In this document: positions 10,422 to 21,075 of the stretch, in pieces
Numbering within the stretch: position 1 is the first letter of the stretch
Layout of the letters: the number at the start of each line of letters is the position of its first letter
Assembly: GCA_001599295.1 (NCBI GenBank)
Contig: BCGN01000002.1
Coordinates: 620,001-684,000 of the forward strand
DNA: 64,000 nucleotides
Direction: 5' to 3'
From: Sporopachydermia quercuum
Lineage: Eukaryota
Notes under the pieces: generated by a model
Told to the model about the DNA's origin: nothing
Seen by the model: only the letters and a program-made list of their open reading frames with translations
Databases searched by the model: none
Translations under genes and position numbers: made by a program

Positions 10422-13055
10422 ATGTCACGATTTTTCGCTGCTACTATTGATGACTCTGATGATTCTTCGGAAGAAGAATTACTGTCATCAGAAGAAGAAG
10501 AATTAGAAGAATCAGAAGCTGAATCCTCATCAGAAGATGAAGAAGAGGACGAAGACAATGAATCCGAAGATGAATCCGAGTTTGATTCCTCAGATGAATC
10601 TTCTGATGAAGATCGTAAAGCGATGGGAGCATCATACTTTCTCAAGAAAACACCTGAAGCAACAGCTAATAGATTTTTGTTAGGAGCTGATTCTGATGAA
10701 AGTGACTCTGATGAAGAAGAACGAAAAGTAGTGAAGAGTGGTAAAGATAAGTTAATTGATGAAATGATTGCTTGTGGATCAGCAATTGACAAAGCTAAGA
10801 AAATCAATGATTGGACTGTTATTTTATCAGAATTTGAGAAGTTAACTAAATTAATGATTCGTGCTGGACAACAAAGTATTTCTACCCCTAATGCTTTTAT
10901 TCGAACAATTGGCGGATTAGAAGATTTCATCAGTGAAGATAGTAGCAGTTCCAAGAAATTGAATGCTAGTAATTCCAAGTCTCGTAATACTGTCAAGCAA
11001 AGAGTGAAGAAAGTTGCTAAAGAACACGCAGCTTTATTAGGTGCTTATCATAATGATCCATCCGCTTTTGATGCCGAAGAGGAAACCGCTGTAGAACCCA
11101 AAACTGCTTCTAAGGAAACAAAAGCTCAAACCTCAACAATCTCTGCTGTTGGTGATGATGAAGAAGGATTCACCACTGTTTCTGCCAGTGGAAAAGCAGT
11201 TAAGAAACCTGAAGAGACTATTCTTCATACACTAGCAATTATCGCCGAATCTAGAGGTAAGAAAGGTGTTGATAAGCACGAACAAATCAGAACTTTGGAA
11301 ACATTTTTGACTGAGAACTCTAATGGTTCAATTTATGAAATCATCAGAGTTTTATTAGTACTTATTCCTTTGAAATTAGATATTGGGGCTCATTTACCTT
11401 TACTTGGAGCTGAGCTGTGGAAGGAAATTGTTGCTTCTATCAACAAATTACTACTTTTGTTAGAAAAGAACAGAAAAACATTTGTTGTTAAGGAAGTTAG
11501 TACTGTTGTGGAAGATTTAGAAGCTATTCCAGAACCAAATTCTAAAGGTGAGATCGAAATCCCCGGTTCCATATCATCCCTAATTGAACGTGTCGATGAT
11601 GAATTCATTAAGGCTCTACAAACTATTGATCCTCACACTACTGAATATATCGACAGACTTAAGGATGAAGTTGAAATTTATAAGACTATAGTAAGAGGTC
11701 AAATTTATAATGAAAGTATAATTCCTGTTGAAGATTACGCCAAGGCTAGTGGAGAACCATTAGCAAGGCTTATTATTCGCCGTGTTGATCATATTTACTA
11801 TAAACCAAGTCAACTGATTGTTGATGCGGAAGCATTAGCATTTGGCGATTTAGGTGCTCTCAAGTCAACCATTTCACCAAACATTCTGGAAGTTGGCTCA
11901 TCAGACGTTGATGTTAGTTTTGCTTCTAAACTAATTGATTCCTTGGCTTCCTTCCTTTATAAACAACCAAATACTGTTTTCCGAAGGAAAGTAATGTCTT
12001 GTCATATCTATCACTATGCTTTAAATGATCAATACTTCAAAGCAAGAGATATGTTTTTGATGTCACATCTTCAATCATCAATTAGAAATTCTGATCCTTC
12101 ATTGCTCATTCTTTTCAACAGAGCTTTAGCACAAGTTGGCCTTTCAGCTTTCAGAGCAGGAGAAATTGCTGATGCTCAACAATCTTTACAAGAGATTTAT
12201 ACCTCATCTAGGCAACGAGAAATCTTAGGACAAGGAGCTAGTAGATTCATCCCAGGAGGTTCAACAGCTGAACAACAGCGATTATTACCATTCCATATGC
12301 ATATTAATCTTGAGCTTCTAGAATGTGTGTTTTTAACATCATCATTATTATTAGAAGTACCTCAAATGGCTAAAGCTGGTGCTATGTATGATTCCAAGAA
12401 AAGATCTATGGCCAAGTCATTTAGAAGAGCCCTTGAATTCCATTGCAGACAAGTATTTACTGGACCCCCAGAAAACACTCGTGATGTTATTATGGAAGCC
12501 GCCAAAAGCCTTTATTCTGGTGATTGGAAAGTTTCTAATGATTTGTTAATGGGATTAAAGATTTGGAACTTGTTACCAAGATCAGCAACTATCAAATCCA
12601 TGATTACGGCCAAACTACAGGAACAGGGATTAAGATGTTACTTATTCACCTATAAGAGCTTCTATCAAACACTATCATTAGAAACAATCAGCACATTATA
12701 TGAATTGCCAATTGGTAAAGTCACTGCAATTGTAGCGAAGATGATATTCAATGAAGAATTGAAAGGCTCATTGGACCAGACAGCTAAATCTATTATTTTC
12801 AACGATCGGGTAGAATACACTAGATTCCAACAACTTGCAATTCAATTGGCAGAAAAAGCTGCTCAACTTTCAGAAAGAAATGAGCGTTTGGTTGCCGGTG
12901 GTCATCAGTTGTCAGGCCACGATTCAAATGATAGATCTGGTGGCAATCAAACTGGAGGAGGTGGAAGATCTCACCATCAAAACCATCATCAAAACCAACA
13001 TCAGAATCAGCATCAGAATCAACATAATCAAAACAGACGTAGCGTGAAAACATGA
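10422..13055 (+). CDS. NIP1: Translation initiation factor eIF3 subunit c
   Basis: MSRFF start with acidic tract, IDPHTTEYIDRLKDE, LPFHMHINLELLE, GPPENTRD, C-terminal PCI domain. Confidence 0.97.
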   Translation: MSRFFAATIDDSDDSSEEELLSSEEEELEESEAESSSEDEEEDEDNESEDESEFDSSDESSDEDRKAMGASYFLKKTPEATANRFLLGADSDESDSDEEERKVVKSGKDKLIDEMIACGSAIDKAKKINDWTVILSEFEKLTKLMIRAGQQSISTPNAFIRTIGGLEDFISEDSSSSKKLNASNSKSRNTVKQRVKKVAKEHAALLGAYHNDPSAFDAEEETAVEPKTASKETKAQTSTISAVGDDEEGFTTVSASGKAVKKPEETILHTLAIIAESRGKKGVDKHEQIRTLETFLTENSNGSIYEIIRVLLVLIPLKLDIGAHLPLLGAELWKEIVASINKLLLLLEKNRKTFVVKEVSTVVEDLEAIPEPNSKGEIEIPGSISSLIERVDDEFIKALQTIDPHTTEYIDRLKDEVEIYKTIVRGQIYNESIIPVEDYAKASGEPLARLIIRRVDHIYYKPSQLIVDAEALAFGDLGALKSTISPNILEVGSSDVDVSFASKLIDSLASFLYKQPNTVFRRKVMSCHIYHYALNDQYFKARDMFLMSHLQSSIRNSDPSLLILFNRALAQVGLSAFRAGEIADAQQSLQEIYTSSRQREILGQGASRFIPGGSTAEQQRLLPFHMHINLELLECVFLTSSLLLEVPQMAKAGAMYDSKKRSMAKSFRRALEFHCRQVFTGPPENTRDVIMEAAKSLYSGDWKVSNDLLMGLKIWNLLPRSATIKSMITAKLQEQGLRCYLFTYKSFYQTLSLETISTLYELPIGKVTAIVAKMIFNEELKGSLDQTAKSIIFNDRVEYTRFQQLAIQLAEKAAQLSERNERLVAGGHQLSGHDSNDRSGGNQTGGGGRSHHQNHHQNQHQNQHQNQHNQNRRSVKT
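12976..13033 (+). repeat. Imperfect 12-bp tandem repeat encoding (HQNQ/HQNH)n at the Nip1 C-terminus
   Basis: catcaaaaccat catcaaaaccaa catcagaatcag catcagaatcaa cataatcaaa. Confidence 0.85.
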
Positions 13056-14318
13056 GCATNTTGTTGTTTGATGTGTACGGAAAGGAAGTGAATAATGTTT
13101 ATAATATAATATGGTAATAAATGTTTGTTCTAATAAATTTCAATTAGTGAGGATCTTCAAACAGAGGTGGCGATTTAAGGAGATGAATTTGAATTGTTTG
13201 ATACAGAATGCTGCTTTATTCTAATTTCCAATATAATGTGTCAGCTAATTCTGTTATAGGAAGCCTTGTAATAGTAGAGGATCTTCCAGGCTTGAACGTT
13301 CCTATTTTCCATTCCATTCTTTCTTTTTGTAGAATTACCAATGATTTTATTTATCTTTAANCGGTAAATTGATAATAAAATGATCTAATCACTATTTTAA
13401 CAAATTAGTGATTCGCGTAACTGTCATCGAACATATACGTAATAAATTGGAGATACATAGACTCAAATCTACAAGCTCCCATTTCTAAAACATTGGCTGA
13501 AAGATAAGATACTTATGAGCATATAACAGAACAGAACATTTGATAATAGATTCTTGGTTATATGATAATGTGTTTATTAGTTAAAAATAAAAACTATTAT
13601 GAAATGTACTAAAGAATAACATGGGTAGTATCATCATATGAACAGCTTAAGATTTATGTGATGAACAGTAGTCTATAAAGATCTATTGGAACTTTTGTAT
13701 CCAATAGATGTTTATACATAAATTTATTATGTATACATAAAAACAACCATGTTATTTAGGATATTTGACTTGTCTATATCTATCTTCCATTGTTAATTAT
13801 ACTGATATGGATTACCGTCTATTATAGCAACATAGTAGGGACATTGGTAATAAGTCATTGACGTACATAGAATTGAACTGAATAACAGTAACTGAATAGT
13901 ATAGTCCTCTGCTCCTAATACAATTGCCAATACAACTAATTAACAAATTTTCTGTTTGCCAGGTTGCCGTTGTTGCGTTGTATATCAGCCGCGTTCGCAT
14001 GAGTGTCCTATTATTATCAGCTTTCTATTCATACTCTAGTTTATGCAGAATCATATGATTGATTTAATGGCTTGAAAGAATACATGTTCGATATTGGAAA
14101 TAGAAAAAGGATCGCTCTTAATTGCTATGAGTAAGTTCTTCTGCATTTACTGTAACAACGTTCTCAGTAGTTTGGATGGTTTCCCATATTTCATCATGAT
14201 TAAGCACTGAAACTGTATCATTTCCGATATTCTCAGAAAATAAGTACCGATANTCATTTGACACAGTTCCCTAATTCGTTCTCCTATCCTCCGCTTTCCT
14301 CTATTTTTCCCCGCTTCC

Positions 14319-17300
14319 TCACACAAAATAACTACTCCAAAAAACACCTTCCAAATCCTCTAATTGTTCCTGGGGAATGAACTTAGAGTCAATATGCCAT
14401 GTATCTTGATGTGTTTTCTTGAAACTTGCCAGTATATTCTTGGCACTCTTACCGATAATTCCATCTTCTGAACCGGCCCTTATTGCCAAGATGCTTAATA
14501 CTTTCGGCATCCATACAGGCGGAGGAGAATCATACGGAAAGGCGTTTACCAAAGACCCAAGCCGAAGGACTGCACTATGTTTTTTGATTATGTCAACATT
14601 CGACACTCTGGAACCATTTTTCGTCGATGATGATGATTTCCGATATTTCCGGAGGATTTTGGACGAAACGGAGATGATTTCGGCGATAATGTCATTACGG
14701 ATCGAATCAGCTGTACATCGGATCATTCCGGAGAGGATTTCCGAGGCGAAATCCCGAACTTCCAGCTGATTGTCTTCAGTTAAATGAATTACTGCTTTAA
14801 ATAGCCTTTCCGCTTCATCCTCCGATAGAAGGAACAGTTGCCTAAAGTAGAAAGCTAATAAAAAGGACAAAAACGCCTGCTTTTGGTGCCAAGAAACCAA
14901 TTTATATTCTAAATAACTATCCTCCGTTGAATTTCCGTTTTGAGAACTACTCCTACTTCTACCTAAAGTTTCAAACATTTTCACCATTTTCGGAACATCG
15001 GATAAACTATACCGGACGTTTCCTAACTTCAATAGGACGCCTTGGGTCCGGGATTCAATGCTGTCCATATCATGTACAACCACCAACCTCAATAGAAACG
15101 GGAATATGTATTCCGGAATTAACGGGATGAGTCCCAATCCAAAAGCAGAGGAGAAACAGTGAAAAAGAAACATAAGCATGGTTTTACTAGCACAAATAAA
15201 GTGTGACCATTGGTATTCTTGCGACTTAGTTTTCAATACTACAGCTTCTATTCCCCAATTGGCAATTTGTTCGAATATAGTTTGAAGTTTGTGCTCCGTC
15301 TCTGAGTTTAAATTATAAGCGATATTACCCGTTTTGGTAACAGTTTCGGCATTTATAGCCACAAACTCTTCAGCCGTTCTATAACTCTCGGCAAACCCAT
15401 TTCCGAAATGTTCCGCTAACAACAAGCCGATTTCTTCCTGAACCAATTGATAATGATGCGATAGATTGTCCCAACAGTTGTTAATAAGGTCGGTTAATTC
15501 TAAGGCAAACCACGGGGTAGAATTCACTAATCTTCTGCATAGCGCTAATTGAGCTGATTGCCTGAAAGTAGCATGGCTATTCGGGTCAATTCGGAAAGAA
15601 AGAATCTCCTGGACTATTCCTTGGGCTCTGATTGGCTCAATTACACGGAAGACCCACCAAACGAAAGTTTTCCACAGTCCGAAATTGTCGGGAGCTAAAT
15701 CGTTTTGGTAAATAAGTTTCCGGAATTGAGCGAGTAGACTTTCGGATATTTCTTCCCGTTCCTCTGGCGACAGAAAAGCTTGGCAAAACATTAACCCTGC
15801 ATAAAGTTCAATAACAGCCCGATGGGAAAACTTGTCATCTCTGACATAAATTTCGGAAATGAAGCTTAGGGCATCGGAAACGGATATTCCGATCGTCCCG
15901 GTTTTTCCCATAATAAATAACGCCGAATATAAGTAGGGATAAATGTCCCTTACGTATAGGACTTCTTCTTCGTTTTTAGTGTAGTCCAAAACCCGAGCTC
16001 GAACAAATGTTCGGAGCCAGTTGGAGTTTAGCACGGAAGAAGCAGAAACCAAAGCCGATATTTCTTCTGAGTTGAATTTGAATTTTTGGGCCGAGATTGA
16101 AAATCTCCGAGCGGGAAAACGCTTGGGAAAGAACAACCAACCGGGAACGTTACATTCTTCCATACAGAATGGAGGATCGGGTAATATTGCCAATTTATTG
16201 GATTTTTCGGCGGCTCGGTTAAATCGTGGATCTTTTCCGTAATTCCAATTCACTTCCGTTGTTTCGTCCGTGATCGTTCCGGTTTCGCTTCCGGTGCAGG
16301 TTCGAGCCGAAATAACCGGTGACTCTCCGTCATTTATGGGATAAACATCAACCACAGCTATTGACTTGCCCAAAGCATTGAAAACTTCAACTAAATTATG
16401 ATCGGAAGCGGACATATCAAATAACACTTGAAGGGCTTTCAGAAGACCATCCACACTTGCCTTCCGAACTTTTGGATGTTCATTGAGACAGCCTCGGCTT
16501 AAAACTGCCAATAATCGGCCCGATGTTTGCAATTGTAGACTTCCGACAAGCGTTCCCGCTAATGTCATTTGTACAATTGCTGTTTTCCAGAATCCGTCGG
16601 GTTCGGCAGTTTCAGCATACTTCAACAGTTCGGTTAGTTTGGACGAAACGTGTGTCATTCTGATTTCTTTGGCGCGGCAAATAACGGCTATTTTCTCGGC
16701 TAGTTGTCTCTTTTCGATGGGTGAATCGGATTGAGGTTCCAGCTCGGCCAATATACCCAAATCGGCAATAAACGGAGCCGATGGAAGTTCCACGTTGGAG
16801 ACAATATACCGAAGTACGGCGTACGCCGTCCCGTTCAACAGCGGGCTATCCTTCAACATTGCCTTTGTAAGTAAGGTTAGGACTTTGGTTAGATGAGTAT
16901 GGGCTAAAGCTGATTGTAGCGTTTTCGAATACAACACAGAAATAGCTGCTTCAGCACTTCGGAAGTTTTCGGAATCAATTGCTTCAGTTAAATTAGTTAT
17001 TACTAAGGAAACAGCCGGAATACGGGATCGGTATAAAGACTTTACTCCCACTTCTAATCCTCGTAGAGCCTCTCTTTGTATATAGGGATAAGCCGAGCAA
17101 CTAAGGTCAACTAATACACATAACAACTTCCGGTCAATATCGGAAATGATTCTCGGGCCATTAGCATGTAAAACACGCTGTAAATGATATAATCTAATCC
17201 GTTGCGCTAAAATAGCAACTGGCAATGGTTTCCGCAATCCTGGAATAGATCGGAGTTTTCTTTCTAGGTTGTACCGACATCGGATAGAATCCCAGGATGC

Positions 17301-20300
17301 TCCGACTCTTTCCATGCCCATATCGACAAACCAAACTTTAAGCAGAAGCACTAAAGTGGTTCCGAGACTTGTGTCGGCATCTCTGAATGATTGGAAGAAT
17401 GGGTAAAGCCGTAGGATTGCGGAACCAACAGAGTTTCGGATTTGGTGAAGGTCTTGGTATAAAGCAGACTTGTGCTTTTCCGAAGAGATTGATCCGAAGA
17501 AAAATCCGTAGGGGTAATTTCGGAACGATTTGAATGCTTCAAAGGCTTCGGCATCGGTTTTTTCCCCGGAAGATGATTCAGAAGGGGAAGCGGAATCGGA
17601 AGTGGAGCCCGGGGGTGTACAGTTGTCAATTAACGGAGAGATCCCGGATAAACAGTTGGCTAGGCATAATACTTTAGTAGTTAACTCATCGGAAACCTCT
17701 GTTAACGATACAGAATGCTTTCCCTTTATTTCCGATTTAACTTCCGAGATAATTTCCGACTCTGATTCCAATATCTTTTCTGGTTTCACAGTAATAAGAC
17801 AGTCAATTCTTTCCACAGCTTGTTTCACGTTCTTCTTGAAAAACTCAATAGCAAACTCAACTTCAGAAACTCCTGGAACGTGCCAATGCAGTTTAAAGTT
17901 CTTCCCCGGAGCAACTAGAAAATTAGGTTCCGTTTCCACAACTTTCTGTACTCCGTTAGCTGTTGATAGATTCAAAAGCTGTCGGGAGATCTCGGAATCA
18001 AATATATGCTGGCGCCCGAAATCGATCTCTAATAAACTTATCAGAACAATTTCGACTAATTCACAAGCAAATGTAACGGGGACGCCTTTAAGCTCCGACT
18101 GCAGGAACAGGGAAAACTCTAAAATCTCGGAACACAACGGAAGCATACTTCTGTTAGCAGCAAAACAGACAGCGTTTAATAGTGATAAGTACCATACTAA
18201 AGTTTGATCCCGCGGAAGAACTTCCAATCCGCTCCGTAACTTTCCGGCATTATTTTCCACAATCTCCCATTTGATTTTTTCAGTGGCTAACCGGAAAAAC
18301 TTAGGAAACCATTTTCCCGGGTTTGTTCTCACTACTGACGCACATAATAGAGATGTAACATCACTGGGAGATGCCGAGGGTCCTTCTTCTGCTAAGCGGA
18401 ATATTCGCGTTCCGGCAGTTTCCGATAACTCTGGCCCCGCGGACCGGAGAATTACCGATAAAGTTGCAGGAATCTCGGAAACTATCTTAGACTCTAAATG
18501 ATCTCGCGATCTTGCTTTTGATGCTTGGGGGAGATTCTGAAGAAGCAACTCAACCCTGTCCAAAAACAGGCTAACGAGTTGTGAATAGGCCGCGGTTGAG
18601 GAAAGAAAAGCTGCCCTTTCCTGTTCTGGATCGGAAGCGAAAGTAAGATTGGAAACGTTATCGGATGAGAATTCTGTCATAGTTTCCGGTTTATGTTTAG
18701 CTAGTAAATTTGCTAATAAGACTCGAGGATCGACTTCTTCTAAACACATGATATGATTAGATACAAACTGAGCACCTAATTCAACCCCAAAATCAGCTTC
18801 GGCCTCCACCTCGGATTCGGCTCCAGATCCAGCACCAGATCTGGGTTCGGATGTTTGACGTCGCATCGGAACATAATGACCGACACATTGAAATACAAGC
18901 AATGATTGTAAAGTTTTCATTAAATCGTTAGAGTCAATTCCAGGCAATAATAACGTTAGAATCGACGGAACGTGGATCCGAAATACCGGAACAGCTGCCA
19001 AAACTGGTATAACATAAACAAGAGCCTGCAAAACACTACCCGTTCGGTGAGGTTCTACTAAACCTTGTAAAGCTGGATAAACGTCTTTCAGGAACAAAGG
19101 AATCACATAACTAGGTTCGAAAAATGCAAGACCATGCAAGGAATATGCAGCACATGCAGAATGGATATCGTCTTTTGCATAAAGAGACATTAACACTGAG
19201 GGAAGAAGCATATGAACGAACTTAGCTCTAATAGATTCTGTGAGTTGCCGAGACTTTGGGATAGAGATGTCGTTTGTAACTTCGGAGTTCGAACGGTAAA
19301 GGAACAACTCTGTGACTGCTTGTACTAAATAGGCAATATTCCGACCCCAGGGACCGGTATTCGACGGATGAACCAGCGTGAATATCGATTGGAAAAGCTG
19401 TTGGGAGAGCTCTAAAGTTAAATCCTTCATTGCCCCACTTTCGGGTGTTTCCGGTGCCAGTGTAAACACTATAAATGACCCAGCAGAACGGATAGCTCTC
19501 TTCCGTCTATCTTTTTCATCTTTAGCACTTAAATCCCGAGGTCCGTAAGGTGAGCCGAGGTTTGCTGAAGGGATATCGAGAAGCCGAAGAGTAGCGGAAA
19601 ACACTTCCCGACATTGTTCAGAGGTGAATAAAACGTTTCCCGAGTGCGCTTCCGATTCCGATTCGGAGGCCAATTGTGTGTAAGAGTACAAGTATACAGA
19701 TTGGGCGATTGTACCTAAAAGATCTAAAAACATGGCATCCACAAGCATGGATTTAGGCTCTAGTTTCCAAAGGTGAAAAAGCGTGGGCAACACTTCCTCC
19801 AATTTAGGCAATTCTTCCACTTTATACCGTAAGGGGAAAAGATTCTCCAATAAAGTCAAACACTTATTGCTCATAAACGACGCCGGAGAGTAAAACTCTA
19901 AACTCTGCTCGATCAATTCAGGCAAAATTTCTGCGGAGAAAAAATACCGAGCCGCTTTCGCCAATTTCTGTAATTGTACTACTTTCTTTCCAATAGTTTG
20001 TTTGTATGGCGAAACACTGGTTGGTATTAATGCCTGTCGTAAGCTTTCACATAAGGGGTTCCAGTCTAATACAAAGTCATGACATCGGAACAGTTCGCGA
20101 GAATTTGCTAAGTGACTAAATAAAGAAATAAACAAGTCAAACAGTAGTTTTGAGCCTATTGCCAGGGACATCTGATAGTATAGTTTTACTAGTATTTTAC
20201 GGATTGACAAAGGCATGTCGAATTTGAGGTTGAGCCATAATCTGAGTTCACGTGATGCATGGTGGAAATTAGCGAGAGGTCGGATGTAATTAGGGTTTTC

Positions 20301-20681
20301 GGAACAGTTTAGTTCAATTTCGGCAGCTCGGATGTCATCCATGGTTATGAAGATTGTGCCTTGAGCGGATATTGCTTTTAGAGCAATGAATATGTTTTCC
20401 ATAATGTGGCTCAGACCAATGAGTTGTTCTTGCCGAGATTCCGTTCTGTAGGGTAATAATGCTGGAAGTGGAAGACTTCTTGGTTTCGTGCGGGAATATA
20501 AAGGCGATTTTGGGTCATAAGTTGGGTCATAGTTGGGATCCCCGTTCGATTGTGCAAAGGAAGACGGAAAAGTCAAACCGTAGCCATCTAGAATCGAAGC
20601 AGAGTAACCGAAATGACCAGGGCCGTATTCCGGAAAGTCCCGCTCGGGTTTCTGGCTGCTTTCCTGCTGAACAGATGCCAT
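14319..20681 (-). CDS. BLM10: Proteasome activator Blm10/PA200
   Basis: 2120 aa; LPYRTES, HPSNTGPW, LLPGIDSNDLMKT, QLEVRDFASEILSGMI, AFPYDSPPPVWMP, FKKTHQDTWH; C-terminal SYFV resembles the Blm10 SYYA proteasome-docking tail. Confidence 0.95.
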   Translation of the reverse strand: MASVQQESSQKPERDFPEYGPGHFGYSASILDGYGLTFPSSFAQSNGDPNYDPTYDPKSPLYSRTKPRSLPLPALLPYRTESRQEQLIGLSHIMENIFIALKAISAQGTIFITMDDIRAAEIELNCSENPNYIRPLANFHHASRELRLWLNLKFDMPLSIRKILVKLYYQMSLAIGSKLLFDLFISLFSHLANSRELFRCHDFVLDWNPLCESLRQALIPTSVSPYKQTIGKKVVQLQKLAKAARYFFSAEILPELIEQSLEFYSPASFMSNKCLTLLENLFPLRYKVEELPKLEEVLPTLFHLWKLEPKSMLVDAMFLDLLGTIAQSVYLYSYTQLASESESEAHSGNVLFTSEQCREVFSATLRLLDIPSANLGSPYGPRDLSAKDEKDRRKRAIRSAGSFIVFTLAPETPESGAMKDLTLELSQQLFQSIFTLVHPSNTGPWGRNIAYLVQAVTELFLYRSNSEVTNDISIPKSRQLTESIRAKFVHMLLPSVLMSLYAKDDIHSACAAYSLHGLAFFEPSYVIPLFLKDVYPALQGLVEPHRTGSVLQALVYVIPVLAAVPVFRIHVPSILTLLLPGIDSNDLMKTLQSLLVFQCVGHYVPMRRQTSEPRSGAGSGAESEVEAEADFGVELGAQFVSNHIMCLEEVDPRVLLANLLAKHKPETMTEFSSDNVSNLTFASDPEQERAAFLSSTAAYSQLVSLFLDRVELLLQNLPQASKARSRDHLESKIVSEIPATLSVILRSAGPELSETAGTRIFRLAEEGPSASPSDVTSLLCASVVRTNPGKWFPKFFRLATEKIKWEIVENNAGKLRSGLEVLPRDQTLVWYLSLLNAVCFAANRSMLPLCSEILEFSLFLQSELKGVPVTFACELVEIVLISLLEIDFGRQHIFDSEISRQLLNLSTANGVQKVVETEPNFLVAPGKNFKLHWHVPGVSEVEFAIEFFKKNVKQAVERIDCLITVKPEKILESESEIISEVKSEIKGKHSVSLTEVSDELTTKVLCLANCLSGISPLIDNCTPPGSTSDSASPSESSSGEKTDAEAFEAFKSFRNYPYGFFFGSISSEKHKSALYQDLHQIRNSVGSAILRLYPFFQSFRDADTSLGTTLVLLLKVWFVDMGMERVGASWDSIRCRYNLERKLRSIPGLRKPLPVAILAQRIRLYHLQRVLHANGPRIISDIDRKLLCVLVDLSCSAYPYIQREALRGLEVGVKSLYRSRIPAVSLVITNLTEAIDSENFRSAEAAISVLYSKTLQSALAHTHLTKVLTLLTKAMLKDSPLLNGTAYAVLRYIVSNVELPSAPFIADLGILAELEPQSDSPIEKRQLAEKIAVICRAKEIRMTHVSSKLTELLKYAETAEPDGFWKTAIVQMTLAGTLVGSLQLQTSGRLLAVLSRGCLNEHPKVRKASVDGLLKALQVLFDMSASDHNLVEVFNALGKSIAVVDVYPINDGESPVISARTCTGSETGTITDETTEVNWNYGKDPRFNRAAEKSNKLAILPDPPFCMEECNVPGWLFFPKRFPARRFSISAQKFKFNSEEISALVSASSVLNSNWLRTFVRARVLDYTKNEEEVLYVRDIYPYLYSALFIMGKTGTIGISVSDALSFISEIYVRDDKFSHRAVIELYAGLMFCQAFLSPEEREEISESLLAQFRKLIYQNDLAPDNFGLWKTFVWWVFRVIEPIRAQGIVQEILSFRIDPNSHATFRQSAQLALCRRLVNSTPWFALELTDLINNCWDNLSHHYQLVQEEIGLLLAEHFGNGFAESYRTAEEFVAINAETVTKTGNIAYNLNSETEHKLQTIFEQIANWGIEAVVLKTKSQEYQWSHFICASKTMLMFLFHCFSSAFGLGLIPLIPEYIFPFLLRLVVVHDMDSIESRTQGVLLKLGNVRYSLSDVPKMVKMFETLGRSRSSSQNGNSTEDSYLEYKLVSWHQKQAFLSFLLAFYFRQLFLLSEDEAERLFKAVIHLTEDNQLEVRDFASEILSGMIRCTADSIRNDIIAEIISVSSKILRKYRKSSSSTKNGSRVSNVDIIKKHSAVLRLGSLVNAFPYDSPPPVWMPKVLSILAIRAGSEDGIIGKSAKNILASFKKTHQDTWHIDSKFIPQEQLEDLEGVFWSSYFV

Positions 20682-21065
20682 TCTTGTGTCTTAATTCTGG
20701 TTCCAAGACCGATTCCAATGCAAACTGTCAAGGCGTAGATAACAAAAGCTGCAATGTCCTACAAGCTAAACTAGCAGCGGAATTTAAGCCGGAAACTAAG
20801 AAAATGTTCCGCCACTAATGCTTGTACTCTGCTGAATTCAGTTACTTCTTTTCATACGCTTTTATAGGTCTTTTTTCCCCTGTAATTCCTGATGGAGAAC
20901 TGGTAATATTTGATTTGTGTTCCAAAGGCGTAGAAAGACACTTTGAGTCAATTCCAACGGCAATTACTCCTTATGGATAAATATTGACCAGAAAAGGGGC
21001 CTAAAAGAAAAGTAATTGCCAAATTCGAAGTTTAGAGGTACAGATTTGGATGGTTATCCTGAGTA

Positions 21066-21075
21066 AATTGCCACT
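21066..21075 (-). promoter_or_regulatory. Rpn4 (PACE)-like site upstream of BLM10
   Basis: AGTGGCAATT on the - strand ~390 bp upstream of a proteasome gene; the canonical site is GGTGGCAAA. Confidence 0.4.

Noticed and set aside
17530..18207. 225 aa antisense ORF in BLM10 (also 5414-5983, 10256-10996, 53356-53853)
   Set aside because: Antisense shadows of well-supported genes, without recognisable motifs.
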